From positions 1 to 29,437 of IMG/VR virus record IMGVR_UViG_3300037309_000019: 29,437 nucleotides of DNA; one strand, given 5' to 3'. Under the pieces are notes generated by a model, which saw nothing but the letters and a program-made list of their open reading frames with translations, searched no databases and had not been told where the DNA came from. How positions within the stretch are numbered: the stretch's first letter is position 1; the number at the start of each line of letters is the position of its first letter. This DNA comes from a virus (Duplodnaviria > Caudoviricetes). Both the position numbers and the translations under genes were made by a program. Shown here one piece after another: positions 1 through 9,416 of the stretch.

Positions 1-2087
1 CTGGTGCTGGCGTGTGCAGTTCCACTCCAGCTATGACCGCTACCGAGCGAGCCATCGCAGTATGGAGTAATGTAATATTTTGCTTCAAGCTGGATAGCAT
101 CAAACAATGAGCCTACCAAAAGATTATCTGCGCTTAAAACAACAACCACTTTTGCGCAGTTTGATGCAGTAGTAACCGTTTGCCCTTTTCGTTCCCAGTC
201 GTGTATTCCTGCGGTGAACACAACTGTGTCGCTAGAAATAAGCACATTTGAAGACGTGTATTGCTGCAAAACGACTGATGATGTTCCGCTACCTCCATAT
301 TGTTTGCAGCTACCAGACACCGTATACACGGTGCTAGGTGACACCGAAATAAAGTCAGAGTAAATATTGCAGTATGTGCCGTCGGTAAAATTGGTTTGAG
401 CGACATATGCGCCAACAAGCGATTGGTCAGTTTGCGCACGAACAGCGAATGAAGTTGAACCGTCTTTGTTGCTTGTCCATCCTGCCAAATTGATTTCAAA
501 TGATGGATTTGTGATTAGGTTAGTCGTTGCTTCTGCAACTTGCACGCTGCCACCCGCAAAGCGACCTTTTGCGCCAACTACGCTATTGGCAACAAGCGGA
601 CGCTGCCCTAGATGTCCATTCAGCCCTGCTTGCGTGTCGGCTGGGGCTGTGTCAAATGGCAAATACAGCAGTGGCGCAATGCTGAACCCGACACCATTGC
701 CTATGATGGCTGAACCGTTGATTTTGACGTTGCGAAAATAGCCGTTGTTGGTGTAGATGCCGTAGCCGTTAAGCGTGCCCCAAAATGGGTCAGTGATACC
801 TGTAAGTTTTCCAAGTCTCGCTTTTAGCTTGCTGCCATTCCCCCACGCCGTGAATGAATCCACGCCGTCAGTCACATCTAGGTATGGTGCGTTGCTGTCA
901 TCGGCGGTAACGTAAATTGCACCCTGCCGGTTGGTGTCGCTCACGTTGCCTAGCCGCACATATTCGTAATCGGCTAGTGGCACATCGCCACTAGTCAGCG
1001 TAGCGGTGAACTGCGTAGACGATGCAACCGCAGTCACCTGCATATCGCTCTGATACGTGCCCGAACCGTTAAATCGCTGCGCACGTATCAGGTCACCGAC
1101 CGCGAACCCGTGCGGCGTTTCGCTGTCAGTCGTGAGCGTGTATGGCCCGCTGCCTGTCACCGTTTTTATTTTGCCGGTGGCACTAAACATATACGAACCG
1201 TTGCTAGCGCGAATTTGATGAATGAGCAACTCATACACGCGCAGCCGCCCGCGCACGTTCAGGTCATCCACCTCAGCGGTTGCATAGCCTGGCCTGCTCA
1301 CGCCCTGGTCTATGCGCCACCCGCTGCCGGTGAATCCACTGGCAAACAATGCGCCAGTGATGTATGAGCCAGGCATCCGCACATTAGCCGCGCCCCAGCC
1401 CGCATCAAAACCAACATCAATAATGCCGCCGCCCACGCGAATAGCGTCCACGCGATTGCCCGAATCGTGGAATGCAAGCGCCGTATAGTCGTTACCGTTC
1501 AGAACCAAATTGGCAAAGGTGTTGTCACCGTTCGTCCATTTTGTCGCGGTTGGACTGTAATCGTACGCGACCGTGCCCACTGACAGCCCTGCACGGTTGT
1601 TCGTTCCCACCAACGTATCGGCCTGGTTGCCTGGCGCGTAGGCAATGGCGTGTGTGTGGCTGGGCGTGTTGACGTTGTTGATGGAGGCCGCGCTCAGACC
1701 ACCTGCCCCAAGTGCTGCCGTGCCGTTGGTGGGCAGAGCTACCGTAAAGCCACCAAAGTTAAGCTGGCCCGCGCCGTTCAAAATCACTTGGCCTGCGCCG
1801 CTGTGATTCACCTCAGTGCGCAGCAAATACACCGGATGTGGATCAGCCGCACTGATGTGCCCCAACTGCCATGCCTGCGTGTTGGCGGCGAATGCGTCAA
1901 TATCCACGCCGTCAATCGTTACGCCGCTGCCCACTACGAGGTTGCCTACTAGTGAGCGTGAGCCATCGCGGAGCAATGCGTCAGGATATTGCGCTGTTGC
2001 CAATGCTGTCCCGTTGGCCCCACTTGTGCTAATGAGCGATTGCACATAGGGCTTGAGTTGCATCCATAGCTCAGATGTTTTAATCAT
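1..2087 (-). CDS. Tail fibre / receptor-binding protein with carbohydrate-binding-like module (3' end outside window; absent from ORF track)
   Basis: My translation: ATG at 2087 overlaps the upstream TAA (TAATG) and the frame stays open for 695 codons to the window edge. It begins MIKTSELWMQLKPYVQ and contains FASGFTGSGWRID, EVDDLNVRGRLRVYELLIHQIRASNG, TNLITNPSFE and FDAIQLEAKYYITPYCDGSLGSGHSWSGTAHAST, motifs typical of phage distal tail proteins. Confidence 0.85.
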   Translation of the reverse strand, partial: MIKTSELWMQLKPYVQSLISTSGANGTALATAQYPDALLRDGSRSLVGNLVVGSGVTIDGVDIDAFAANTQAWQLGHISAADPHPVYLLRTEVNHSGAGQVILNGAGQLNFGGFTVALPTNGTAALGAGGLSAASINNVNTPSHTHAIAYAPGNQADTLVGTNNRAGLSVGTVAYDYSPTATKWTNGDNTFANLVLNGNDYTALAFHDSGNRVDAIRVGGGIIDVGFDAGWGAANVRMPGSYITGALFASGFTGSGWRIDQGVSRPGYATAEVDDLNVRGRLRVYELLIHQIRASNGSYMFSATGKIKTVTGSGPYTLTTDSETPHGFAVGDLIRAQRFNGSGTYQSDMQVTAVASSTQFTATLTSGDVPLADYEYVRLGNVSDTNRQGAIYVTADDSNAPYLDVTDGVDSFTAWGNGSKLKARLGKLTGITDPFWGTLNGYGIYTNNGYFRNVKINGSAIIGNGVGFSIAPLLYLPFDTAPADTQAGLNGHLGQRPLVANSVVGAKGRFAGGSVQVAEATTNLITNPSFEINLAGWTSNKDGSTSFAVRAQTDQSLVGAYVAQTNFTDGTYCNIYSDFISVSPSTVYTVSGSCKQYGGSGTSSVVLQQYTSSNVLISSDTVVFTAGIHDWERKGQTVTTASNCAKVVVVLSADNLLVGSLFDAIQLEAKYYITPYCDGSLGSGHSWSGTAHAST

Positions 2088-4156
2088 TAGCCCTGCTCCA
2101 ATCGAAACACATCATAGTTATTGCGCGTCTCGCGTGTTTTGAGCGTCACACGGTCGCCGCCTGCTTGATATTCCATCTCTTCAATGAACATGGTGAATGC
2201 GCCGGCCTCTGAAAATTCCGCGCCCGCCGCGGACACGTCCTTTAGTCGCGCCCATACGCCCACATTAACATGCGTCTTTTCTACTGGCGCGTCCATGTTG
2301 TTTGTCAGCCGCCCATCGCGGGCGAGGTAATAGTCATTGCTGCCTAGTATCGGCTCGGCCATCACCACAAGACGCCTATCCTGCGTGACCTGACACATTA
2401 AACGCTGACCTGTGCTTGTTCCTGACATCAATAACTCTCCGATGACGGCCTGAGCGTTGGAATCGCCACCCTGATATGGGTTGCTGTAGACGTTGCTAGC
2501 TGTGTCAATCTCTACACCGGTTAGAAACTGCCCCGCGCCGCCTGTGGCGATGCTACGAATTTGCTCGGTTGTCTCAATTACGCCGCCTAGATCGAATAGC
2601 ACGTCGGCATTCGGTGTTGGGCTGCTCCACCCACTGCCGTTGTAGACCAGTGGCACGCCATCAGCGTAGCCCTGCGAGGCATTGGCGCTGATCTGATAGA
2701 AATTGACAGCATCAGTCGCCCCGCTACGCCGAATTTTCAGCCAGTAATTCGTAGCAGGCTGCAACAATGGCGGTGTATTAAATGTGAACGTAATCCAGTC
2801 CAATGACGGGCTGAGTGCCGTCGCTGCAACAACATCCGACGTTGCAATCACAGTGTCAGGCGCGGTGATGATCGTGTTATCCGTGCAAATATCTACAACA
2901 AGGTTATCGGCGGGCGCACCAGCCTTGCTCATGCGCAGCTTCACACGCCCCACCGCGTATGCCGTTGCCCCCGTCAGCCTGAATTGCTGTGCGACTTGCT
3001 GCTGTGCAGATGTCGCCCCCAAATGAATAGCCGTCTCACGCACTTCACCTGTCAAATCAAATAGCGCATCCTCGGACTGAGCAACCCATGCACTGCCGTT
3101 ATAGCGCAAGCCGCTACCACTACTGTAGCCCGCTGCTGAGTTGACCAACCAACGCACAAAATTAGCCGCATCAACTGCACCGCTTCGACGTGCGCGAATC
3201 CAATATGTGGTGGCGGGCAACAACGCAACCGGCGCAGCCATTGAAATATCTACCCATCCGTTAGTCGTTGCAATCTGGCTTGCCGTCAGTGTCGCCGTGC
3301 CGATCTCCGTTCCAGGAACGCCCGCATTGTTGGCGCAGATGTCAATCAAAAAGCTATCGGCCTGGTTGCCTACCCGCGATAATTTCATGCGCAGTTTCGT
3401 CAACGTCATGGCATAGGCCGTGCCGATCTGGGTGATCTGAAACGATTGAGCAAATTGCGTGTTGGCTACACTACTGCCTACTTCCCAATCATTGGTCTCA
3501 GGCTCAACGACGTATGCCGCCTGCCACGTCAAGGTAGTGGCAGGCACAACGGTGTAGCTCACACCCAGCGCACCCGCTGAGTGATAACGCCAGTTCAGCG
3601 TATCGAACCATCCGCGACAAACCAACACCGCCGACATTTGCGCCCTATCGCCTGGCTCAATCACCGGCAATGGCATAGCCTGCGCCGCAAGTGCTGCCGT
3701 CCGTATCGCGTCAGCCTGCGATGGCACAGCGTTGCTGATGCTCACCATCAGTTCTTTTGTGCCGTATGCGGCTACGCTGTCGTCGTTTTGCGCCCATGTC
3801 GTTGCTGCCCTTACGCCGGAGTTACTGCTACCCGGCTCAACGTAGCTATACAGCACCATGATGCGATTTGCCATACGATCAATGCTCAGGCCGATCCTGA
3901 TTGCGCCAATGGTTAGCTGCACCTCGGCCACATAGCCCCACCAAACTGCCTCGCCGCGTGAGTTGTTTAGCTCTACCCCATAGCGCAGCATGGTGAGCAA
4001 TTGCCACAGCGCAAACTCTTCGCCGCCCACCTCAATCTCTGCGCTGCGGGGGCCGCCAATGACCGTATGGCTAAACCGAGTAGGCCGAAACGTCAGACGC
4101 GGCAAATTGCGAGCATCAGCAAAGCTACGATCCAAAAAACGCACCTGTAGGCTCAT
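2087..4156 (-). CDS. Minor tail / baseplate hub protein with two tandem inserted beta-sandwich domains
   Basis: 689 aa, lies after the Dit-like gene. N-terminal WWGYV and 'DSVAAYGTKE' motifs are typical of tail hub proteins, and there is an internal duplication of about 135 aa. Confidence 0.75.
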   Translation of the reverse strand: MSLQVRFLDRSFADARNLPRLTFRPTRFSHTVIGGPRSAEIEVGGEEFALWQLLTMLRYGVELNNSRGEAVWWGYVAEVQLTIGAIRIGLSIDRMANRIMVLYSYVEPGSSNSGVRAATTWAQNDDSVAAYGTKELMVSISNAVPSQADAIRTAALAAQAMPLPVIEPGDRAQMSAVLVCRGWFDTLNWRYHSAGALGVSYTVVPATTLTWQAAYVVEPETNDWEVGSSVANTQFAQSFQITQIGTAYAMTLTKLRMKLSRVGNQADSFLIDICANNAGVPGTEIGTATLTASQIATTNGWVDISMAAPVALLPATTYWIRARRSGAVDAANFVRWLVNSAAGYSSGSGLRYNGSAWVAQSEDALFDLTGEVRETAIHLGATSAQQQVAQQFRLTGATAYAVGRVKLRMSKAGAPADNLVVDICTDNTIITAPDTVIATSDVVAATALSPSLDWITFTFNTPPLLQPATNYWLKIRRSGATDAVNFYQISANASQGYADGVPLVYNGSGWSSPTPNADVLFDLGGVIETTEQIRSIATGGAGQFLTGVEIDTASNVYSNPYQGGDSNAQAVIGELLMSGTSTGQRLMCQVTQDRRLVVMAEPILGSNDYYLARDGRLTNNMDAPVEKTHVNVGVWARLKDVSAAGAEFSEAGAFTMFIEEMEYQAGGDRVTLKTRETRNNYDVFRLEQG

Positions 4157-5520
4157 ATCGTGAGCCTCCGAGGGCGATAGAAAACTTTAATTTGTGTTGA
4201 TCGCAATATCGTATCTGTTGGCGTGACTAACAAATAGATGACGTTGGTGTAGCCTGGCACGAGCATGATAGGGCTGCCCAGCGCCACATAATTTCCAACG
4301 CTGCCCGCTGGACTCCAGCCATTGGTGTAGATCAACCCTTTGGCGGGGTCGTCATGCAACGTGACGTTATAGCCAGTGTCGTACCCCAACGATCTCAACA
4401 ATCGCCACGATTGCAGCGGCGCGAGTTCAACAAAATCAATTGGCACACTAACGCTACCGCTCCCGCTGCGTTTAGTGCGTAGTTCGATTGTTAGCGGATA
4501 CACATCAGCGGCATCCACGAGATACGCAGGCAGTTGCACCGTTCCCAAATCTAGTAGCGTAGCGTTGTTGCCTACGCTTACCCATTGCCCTTCCCACAGC
4601 GTTGTAATCAGATCAATGCTGATTCGCGCTTTAATTTTGATGTCACTTGCTGTCGGGCTGAATGGGATATAGACCAACACGCGAAACCAATTGCCGCCCG
4701 CCGCTTCCAGCGTTGTAGATGGCATGAGGTAATACCACGCCGTAATTTCAGCCGTGCCGGTTGCCACTAAATCAATGCCGCTTCCGTTGCTCCATGCTGC
4801 ATTAGTGACGGTAGATGTGCCGCCGCTGTTCGTGCCACTCTCTGCCTCGATCATGTGCGGAAACGGAGTGCCGCCTTCCAACATGTGAGCGAGGTAGAAA
4901 TTTTGTGTGCGCGTGACGCTGTTGTAGTTGTTCAGTAGTTCAATTCGTGCAGGCGCTGGAAGTTCGCCTTGAACGGTGTTTGCCTTCACGAAATTATTAC
5001 GATTATCTACGTCTCTGCTGTGGTTAAACAAATTCACCGACGACCCGCCGGTGACGTTGTTGTAAAGGCCTAGTTGAATTTCGCTGGCGGCCTCCCAGTA
5101 ATATCGTCGCGTCCATGTCACCGTCACCTGCATTCGTTGATTTAGGTTTGAGTTTTGCACTCGCCCAGAAAGGATTTCACTGCGATACAGCGCCTCGCTG
5201 AGGTCTGGGCGAAAACGCACAAAAACCCGCGCACCTACACCTGTACGTTGACGACGTTTTGCTTTCTCGAAAAAGCGATTGAGTGTTTCAAATGCACCGC
5301 GTGCTTCGTCTGCCGTGTAATACTGGATAGTCGCGCTTTCGGTCACGTTGCGCCAATAGATGTTAGGCTGCTCCCCGCCGTCCGATTCATCAATGACTGT
5401 TCGCGCGTCCTGAGATGGCGCAATAGGCGTGTAGCTCAATAATTCGGCGGGATGCGTGGTCAATGACAATACAACCGTCGCGCCTGGGTCGCCGTCATCG
5501 GTGATGGATAGCTCAATCAT
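4153..5520 (-). CDS. Distal tail protein (Dit-like), with probable CBM insertion
   Basis: 455 aa, directly after the tape measure gene. Has RRYYWE, GELPAPARIEL and C-terminal LVPGYTN...YRPRRL. The internal 'IEAESGT' resembles the start of a CBM6/35-type module. Confidence 0.7.
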   Translation of the reverse strand: MIELSITDDGDPGATVVLSLTTHPAELLSYTPIAPSQDARTVIDESDGGEQPNIYWRNVTESATIQYYTADEARGAFETLNRFFEKAKRRQRTGVGARVFVRFRPDLSEALYRSEILSGRVQNSNLNQRMQVTVTWTRRYYWEAASEIQLGLYNNVTGGSSVNLFNHSRDVDNRNNFVKANTVQGELPAPARIELLNNYNSVTRTQNFYLAHMLEGGTPFPHMIEAESGTNSGGTSTVTNAAWSNGSGIDLVATGTAEITAWYYLMPSTTLEAAGGNWFRVLVYIPFSPTASDIKIKARISIDLITTLWEGQWVSVGNNATLLDLGTVQLPAYLVDAADVYPLTIELRTKRSGSGSVSVPIDFVELAPLQSWRLLRSLGYDTGYNVTLHDDPAKGLIYTNGWSPAGSVGNYVALGSPIMLVPGYTNVIYLLVTPTDTILRSTQIKVFYRPRRLTI

Positions 5521-7475
5521 TGCGCCCTCCGAATCCGCTCGGCTACGCGGTAGGCCATCTCATCAATATCTACATCGCCTGCCACGCGGTCAACGTAGAC
5601 CGACACGTTTATGTTGCCCGCGCCAACCGTGGCTGGCGCAGTGTTGTTCTGATAACCAAACGGCGCAAATGTCATCGCCCCTGCTACCTCGCGTATCGTG
5701 CCACGAAGCGCCGTGCTGCCATCAAGGATGCCTTGCATGATGCCCTGTACAAATGGCTTGCCTATCTCCTCGGCGGCCACTTTGGAGGGCGACGCAATGC
5801 CCAACAGCTTTTGTGCCCATTCGGGCAGCGTGGCACTAATCCACTGAGAGAATTTATCTCTAAACCACTGACTCATTCCGCTAATGCCGTCCCACATGCC
5901 CTTAATGATGTTTCCGCCCAGCGTAAAAAACTTGGCAGGCAACGATTCCATATAGGTCACGGCCTCGCCCATCAACGACAAAATCTTCTCTTTCACCGCC
6001 AACATGCCGCTAGCGATGATGGGCTTAATGGCTTCGATGGCGCTGCCGATCACGGTTTTGATTCGTTCCCAGACGCGCCCAAATGTCTCTTGCAGTGTCT
6101 TGAGCGCCCCTGCCGTGTCGCCGTTAATCAACTGCATGGCGGCTTTGACGATGCCTAACACTGAATCAATCACTGTTTGCACAGTTAATTTGATGGCAGC
6201 AAAGGCCACATCAAACGCCAAGCGCAACGCAGGCATGACCGTGTTGACGGTGGTTTGAATCGCCGTTAGCACCGTGCCGATGGTGCGTTGAATAAGAGGC
6301 CAGTTCTCGACCACCCACGCCAAAATGGGCGCCATCAATGCAATGATGGTGTTAATGGTGGGCGTAAGCGGATCGTTGACAAAGCCAACAATAGAAGTGA
6401 TGGCGCTGCCAATCGCGGCTTGAATGCCCGGCCAATTGGTGACAACCCAGTTGAAGATGCTTTGAAACGCCGTCAACACTGCACCAAACGTTGGGCTGCT
6501 GCTTATCTCGCCCAACATGGCGGGGAGCTTGCCAACGATGCCAATGATGTTGTCAATCACTGGCACCAGGTAATCCACCGCCGCGCCGATGCCAGTTGAA
6601 AGCGTTGTCGCCAATGTGCTGATGGCGGTCTGCACGGCAGGCGACCCCAAGAACTGCAATAACACACCCAGCTTATCTTTGAGGACTTCAAAAATTGGCT
6701 GCCCGATGGTACGCAACGTGCCGCCTACCCAGTCTTGCAGGTTCGACATCATGCCGTCAAACGTTTTGCTTTGCGCATCCATCATCCCGCCGTATTTGTT
6801 TTTCATCAGCTTTAGGACAACTTCCATAGACTGAGGCAACGGCGAGAGTAACGCACCGGATTTGTCGAACTCCAACCCCATTTTGGCAAGCTCGTCACGC
6901 GAAGTGATTCCCAATTCGGCCATGCGGGAGATAGCCTCGCCGGTCGCGCCGGTGCTGAATTTGCCCAGTAACAGCGTCATCTCGCTAAAGCTGCTGCCGG
7001 TGCCGCTGGCGACATCGCCCGCGATGGTGCGAATTTGTTCGCCCGAAAATCCGAACTTCTTGGCGGCTTCTTCGGAGTGCAGGCCAAAACCTTGTAGGAT
7101 TTTGTCCGCTTCGACCACCTGGGGGAGTTCAAACGGAGTAGATGCCCCGAATTTGGCGAGATCTGCCAGGCGTTGTTTTGCTGCATCTGCACCGCCCAGT
7201 AGCACGCCGAACTGAGTGGCATACGTCTCAAACTGCGCATTGCCCTTCACCATGCCGTCCATGACGCTGCCAAAGCCATCTTTGAGAGCGCTCAGACCCC
7301 CCAGAATTACCCCACCGGTCACATGCTGCAATGCGCCGCCCAAGAACGACACGACCTTGCCGCCTGTAGCTTGTGCCTTGTCGGCTAGGCCGCCTATCGC
7401 GCTACCAATGCCCGACATGACAGATGAGGCTTCATCTACGGCTTTAATGATGAGATTGGCTTGAGTGTCGCTCAT
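5517..7475 (-). CDS. Tape measure protein
   Basis: 652 aa. Has an N-terminal tape-measure motif (LAKFGASTPFELPQV, QSKTFDGMMSNLQD), amphipathic Trp-spaced repeats and C-terminal LGIASPSKV. Confidence 0.95.
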   Translation of the reverse strand: MSDTQANLIIKAVDEASSVMSGIGSAIGGLADKAQATGGKVVSFLGGALQHVTGGVILGGLSALKDGFGSVMDGMVKGNAQFETYATQFGVLLGGADAAKQRLADLAKFGASTPFELPQVVEADKILQGFGLHSEEAAKKFGFSGEQIRTIAGDVASGTGSSFSEMTLLLGKFSTGATGEAISRMAELGITSRDELAKMGLEFDKSGALLSPLPQSMEVVLKLMKNKYGGMMDAQSKTFDGMMSNLQDWVGGTLRTIGQPIFEVLKDKLGVLLQFLGSPAVQTAISTLATTLSTGIGAAVDYLVPVIDNIIGIVGKLPAMLGEISSSPTFGAVLTAFQSIFNWVVTNWPGIQAAIGSAITSIVGFVNDPLTPTINTIIALMAPILAWVVENWPLIQRTIGTVLTAIQTTVNTVMPALRLAFDVAFAAIKLTVQTVIDSVLGIVKAAMQLINGDTAGALKTLQETFGRVWERIKTVIGSAIEAIKPIIASGMLAVKEKILSLMGEAVTYMESLPAKFFTLGGNIIKGMWDGISGMSQWFRDKFSQWISATLPEWAQKLLGIASPSKVAAEEIGKPFVQGIMQGILDGSTALRGTIREVAGAMTFAPFGYQNNTAPATVGAGNINVSVYVDRVAGDVDIDEMAYRVAERIRRAQ

Positions 7476-7693
7476 TGTTTACGTTGCATGTGGCGAATGC
7501 GATCAACTTCGTTTAGCAGATGCCACGTTCGCCACATCTGCCAGGCATCCTCGCGCAATACCTCGCTCGGCAATTTGTGGAATCGGTCACACATCAATGC
7601 GAGGATTAAATCTGGCGGGTAGTCAGTCGGCGCACCAATTAAGGCGAGGGTGATGCGTCTTGATTCGTCTGCCCCGACTGAACAACTAAAAAA
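7472..7693 (-). CDS. Tail assembly chaperone -1 frameshift extension (gpT part of gpGT)
   Basis: The -1 frame after T TTT TTA reads ...SCSVGADESRRITLALIGAPTDYPPDLILALMCDRFHKLPSEVLREDAWQMWRTWHLLNEVDRIRHMQRKQ*. Its TGA overlaps the tape-measure ATG (ATGA). Confidence 0.85.
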   Translation of the reverse strand, partial: FFSCSVGADESRRITLALIGAPTDYPPDLILALMCDRFHKLPSEVLREDAWQMWRTWHLLNEVDRIRHMQRKQ

Positions 7694-7989
7694 CTCTTGT
7701 TTAACTTCGTGGCTTGCTCCAATAATGGCGCAGCCAACATCGGATCAAGCGCTTTTACAGTTTCGAGCGTGATCGGCACGGCGTTACCGTCCTCATCTGT
7801 CACCGACCACGCCCGTAGCATTGAGACACAAATCCACCCCAGCACGTCGTCTTTTTTGTACGACGCGCCAGCCAGTGCCAGCACATCACCGAATGCAATC
7901 GAATCAGCAACCTCAAACCACTCACTATCAGCAAATGGTTCACCGGCTGGAATGCGCTGCACCTGGGGCGCTTTGTGGACATATTTCAC
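7639..7989 (-). CDS. Tail assembly chaperone (gpG-like)
   Basis: 116 aa, between tail tube and tape measure. Motif WSVTDEDGNAVPITLE; slippery site near the 3' end. Confidence 0.85.
   Translation of the reverse strand: MKYVHKAPQVQRIPAGEPFADSEWFEVADSIAFGDVLALAGASYKKDDVLGWICVSMLRAWSVTDEDGNAVPITLETVKALDPMLAAPLLEQATKLNKSFLVVQSGQTNQDASPSP
7687..7693 (-). promoter_or_regulatory. -1 ribosomal frameshift heptamer T TTT TTA
   Basis: AGT TTT TTA is in the reading frame of the chaperone and fits X XXY YYZ. Confidence 0.85.
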
Positions 7990-8597
7990 GCCTGCGCCCC
8001 CGTTGTGATCGCGCCATTCACGCGAATACTGATCTCGCTACCTACCACGCTGCCGTCATTGGCCGCCTTCTCGCTCACGCTAGTGATGAACCCGTCAAAC
8101 GTGCGTTCGGGCTTCCCAATGCCGACACCGCGAGAGCGATACCGCCAGGCCACCATGAGATTCATAATGCCATCAATGAGCGCTTGTGGCGTGCCATCGT
8201 AGGCGTTATCCTCATGCAGCACCATAAATTTTGCGGTGTTATCTCGCAACGCCGGAATGTATGTTTTATCCAGCGTGCCGTATTTGGTCGTCTCGGCATC
8301 GTCAACTTTTTGCTCAACGCTAAAATCGTTTGAAAACGCCGTTAAAGATGTGTAGCTAACCTGCATAATACGCTCGCCAGCAGCTACCGCACCTGTGCCG
8401 CCTGTGCATCCGGTGAATGTGGTGGCGGTCTTGCCGGTGTATGCAACGGTGTGCGTTCCAATGCTCAGCGAGCCGCTTGCCGAAAAGCCAGTTGTGTCCT
8501 GTACGGTTAGCGTAGAGGCTGGCAACGTCACACCCGTCACCAACTGCGTGACGGGCGCATATTCAAGAGTTGTGTTATTCGCTAGGAAGTTCGCCAT
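7986..8597 (-). CDS. Major tail tube protein with an inserted small beta domain
   Basis: 203 aa. ETTKYG..DKTYIPALRD and FDGFITSVSE...SEISIRVNGAIT are typical of siphovirus tube proteins. Confidence 0.85.
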   Translation of the reverse strand: MANFLANNTTLEYAPVTQLVTGVTLPASTLTVQDTTGFSASGSLSIGTHTVAYTGKTATTFTGCTGGTGAVAAGERIMQVSYTSLTAFSNDFSVEQKVDDAETTKYGTLDKTYIPALRDNTAKFMVLHEDNAYDGTPQALIDGIMNLMVAWRYRSRGVGIGKPERTFDGFITSVSEKAANDGSVVGSEISIRVNGAITTGAQA

Positions 8598-8754
8598 TTT
8601 CTTTGTTTTGCTCCTCTACGATCTGGTAAAGCCCCAGCCGTAGCGCGTCATTTATTTGTTCTTGTGTGCGAGTGATCGTCGCTGTTTCGCCAACGTTGAT
8701 ACGTCGGCCTTCCACCAGCAACGTCACTAACGCACAAACGGTTATTGTTTTCAT
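8575..8754 (-). CDS. Small hypothetical virion-module protein (59 aa; below ORF-track cutoff)
   Basis: ATGA-coupled to the upstream gene. Translation: MKTITVCALVTLLVEGRRINVGETATITRTQEQINDALRLGLYQIVEEQNKENGELPSE. Confidence 0.7.
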   Translation of the reverse strand: MKTITVCALVTLLVEGRRINVGETATITRTQEQINDALRLGLYQIVEEQNKENGELPSE

Positions 8755-8978
8755 TCAGCAATCTCTGTACGCTGATACAGGCCGCAGCTTTGCACGGTCT
8801 GCTTTGAAACATCAGTTAGCCCGTCAAACTCCTCGAATGTTAGGTCGCGTGCCCCAACGGATGGCGCGAACGCCGACCCATCGCCCACATATCGAAAATA
8901 GATTTTCGCAACAGGCTTGCGGGGAACATCTACAACTACAGGCTCGTTTTTGCCGCTGGATTTTTTGACTGGTGTCAT
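8751..8978 (-). CDS. Small hypothetical virion-module protein
   Basis: 75 aa, abuts its neighbours. The YVGDG...ARDLT..E motif is of a kind seen in phage head-tail regions. Confidence 0.7.
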   Translation of the reverse strand: MTPVKKSSGKNEPVVVDVPRKPVAKIYFRYVGDGSAFAPSVGARDLTFEEFDGLTDVSKQTVQSCGLYQRTEIAE

Positions 8979-9416
8979 TTAGATTAGCTCCGTAATTTTC
9001 ATATCAGCCACAATCATGTAAAAGGCGTTGTCGCCCCATACGATTACGTCAGGCTGAATACTTGTGATTGAACAATCGGCGCACGCACCATCTAGCGTTT
9101 TGTTTGCGTCCACGGCATTCATCAATGTCTCGGCGGACTCCTGGCTGGCTTTGTCCTCGTCGGCCAGTAGCCGTCGCTGACTGATGACGGCATACAGCGT
9201 TACGTTGTGCGTTCGCCGTTTTGCATTTGCTGCCAGCGTCGAAAGCGTAATGTTCGCCGCCCCAAAATTTGGAGCGGTGGGTAACGTTGCCGTCCACCGG
9301 GTCACTAACGCCGGAAATCGAGCAGGCGCTTCGTCGGGCATGGCGGTGTAGCGCACGGCCACCCCCAGCGCATCACCTACAACGTTTTGCAACGCCGTCA
9401 ATACAGACGCAATCAC
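8979..9416 (-). CDS. Putative tail terminator / tail completion protein
   Basis: Lies before the tail tube. The likely start is GTG 9416, overlapping the connector stop (GTGA). Motif DANKTLDGA. Confidence 0.65.
   Translation of the reverse strand: MIASVLTALQNVVGDALGVAVRYTAMPDEAPARFPALVTRWTATLPTAPNFGAANITLSTLAANAKRRTHNVTLYAVISQRRLLADEDKASQESAETLMNAVDANKTLDGACADCSITSIQPDVIVWGDNAFYMIVADMKITELI

Noticed and set aside
134-2049. Short ORFs listed in the track for 134-2049
   Set aside because: All are explained as shadows of the continuous minus-strand fibre ORF 2087..<1.
1-4156. Diversity-generating retroelement targeting the tail fibre
   Set aside because: I saw no reverse transcriptase and no TR/VR pair differing at adenines in this window. 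The fibre's 3' end lies outside the window.
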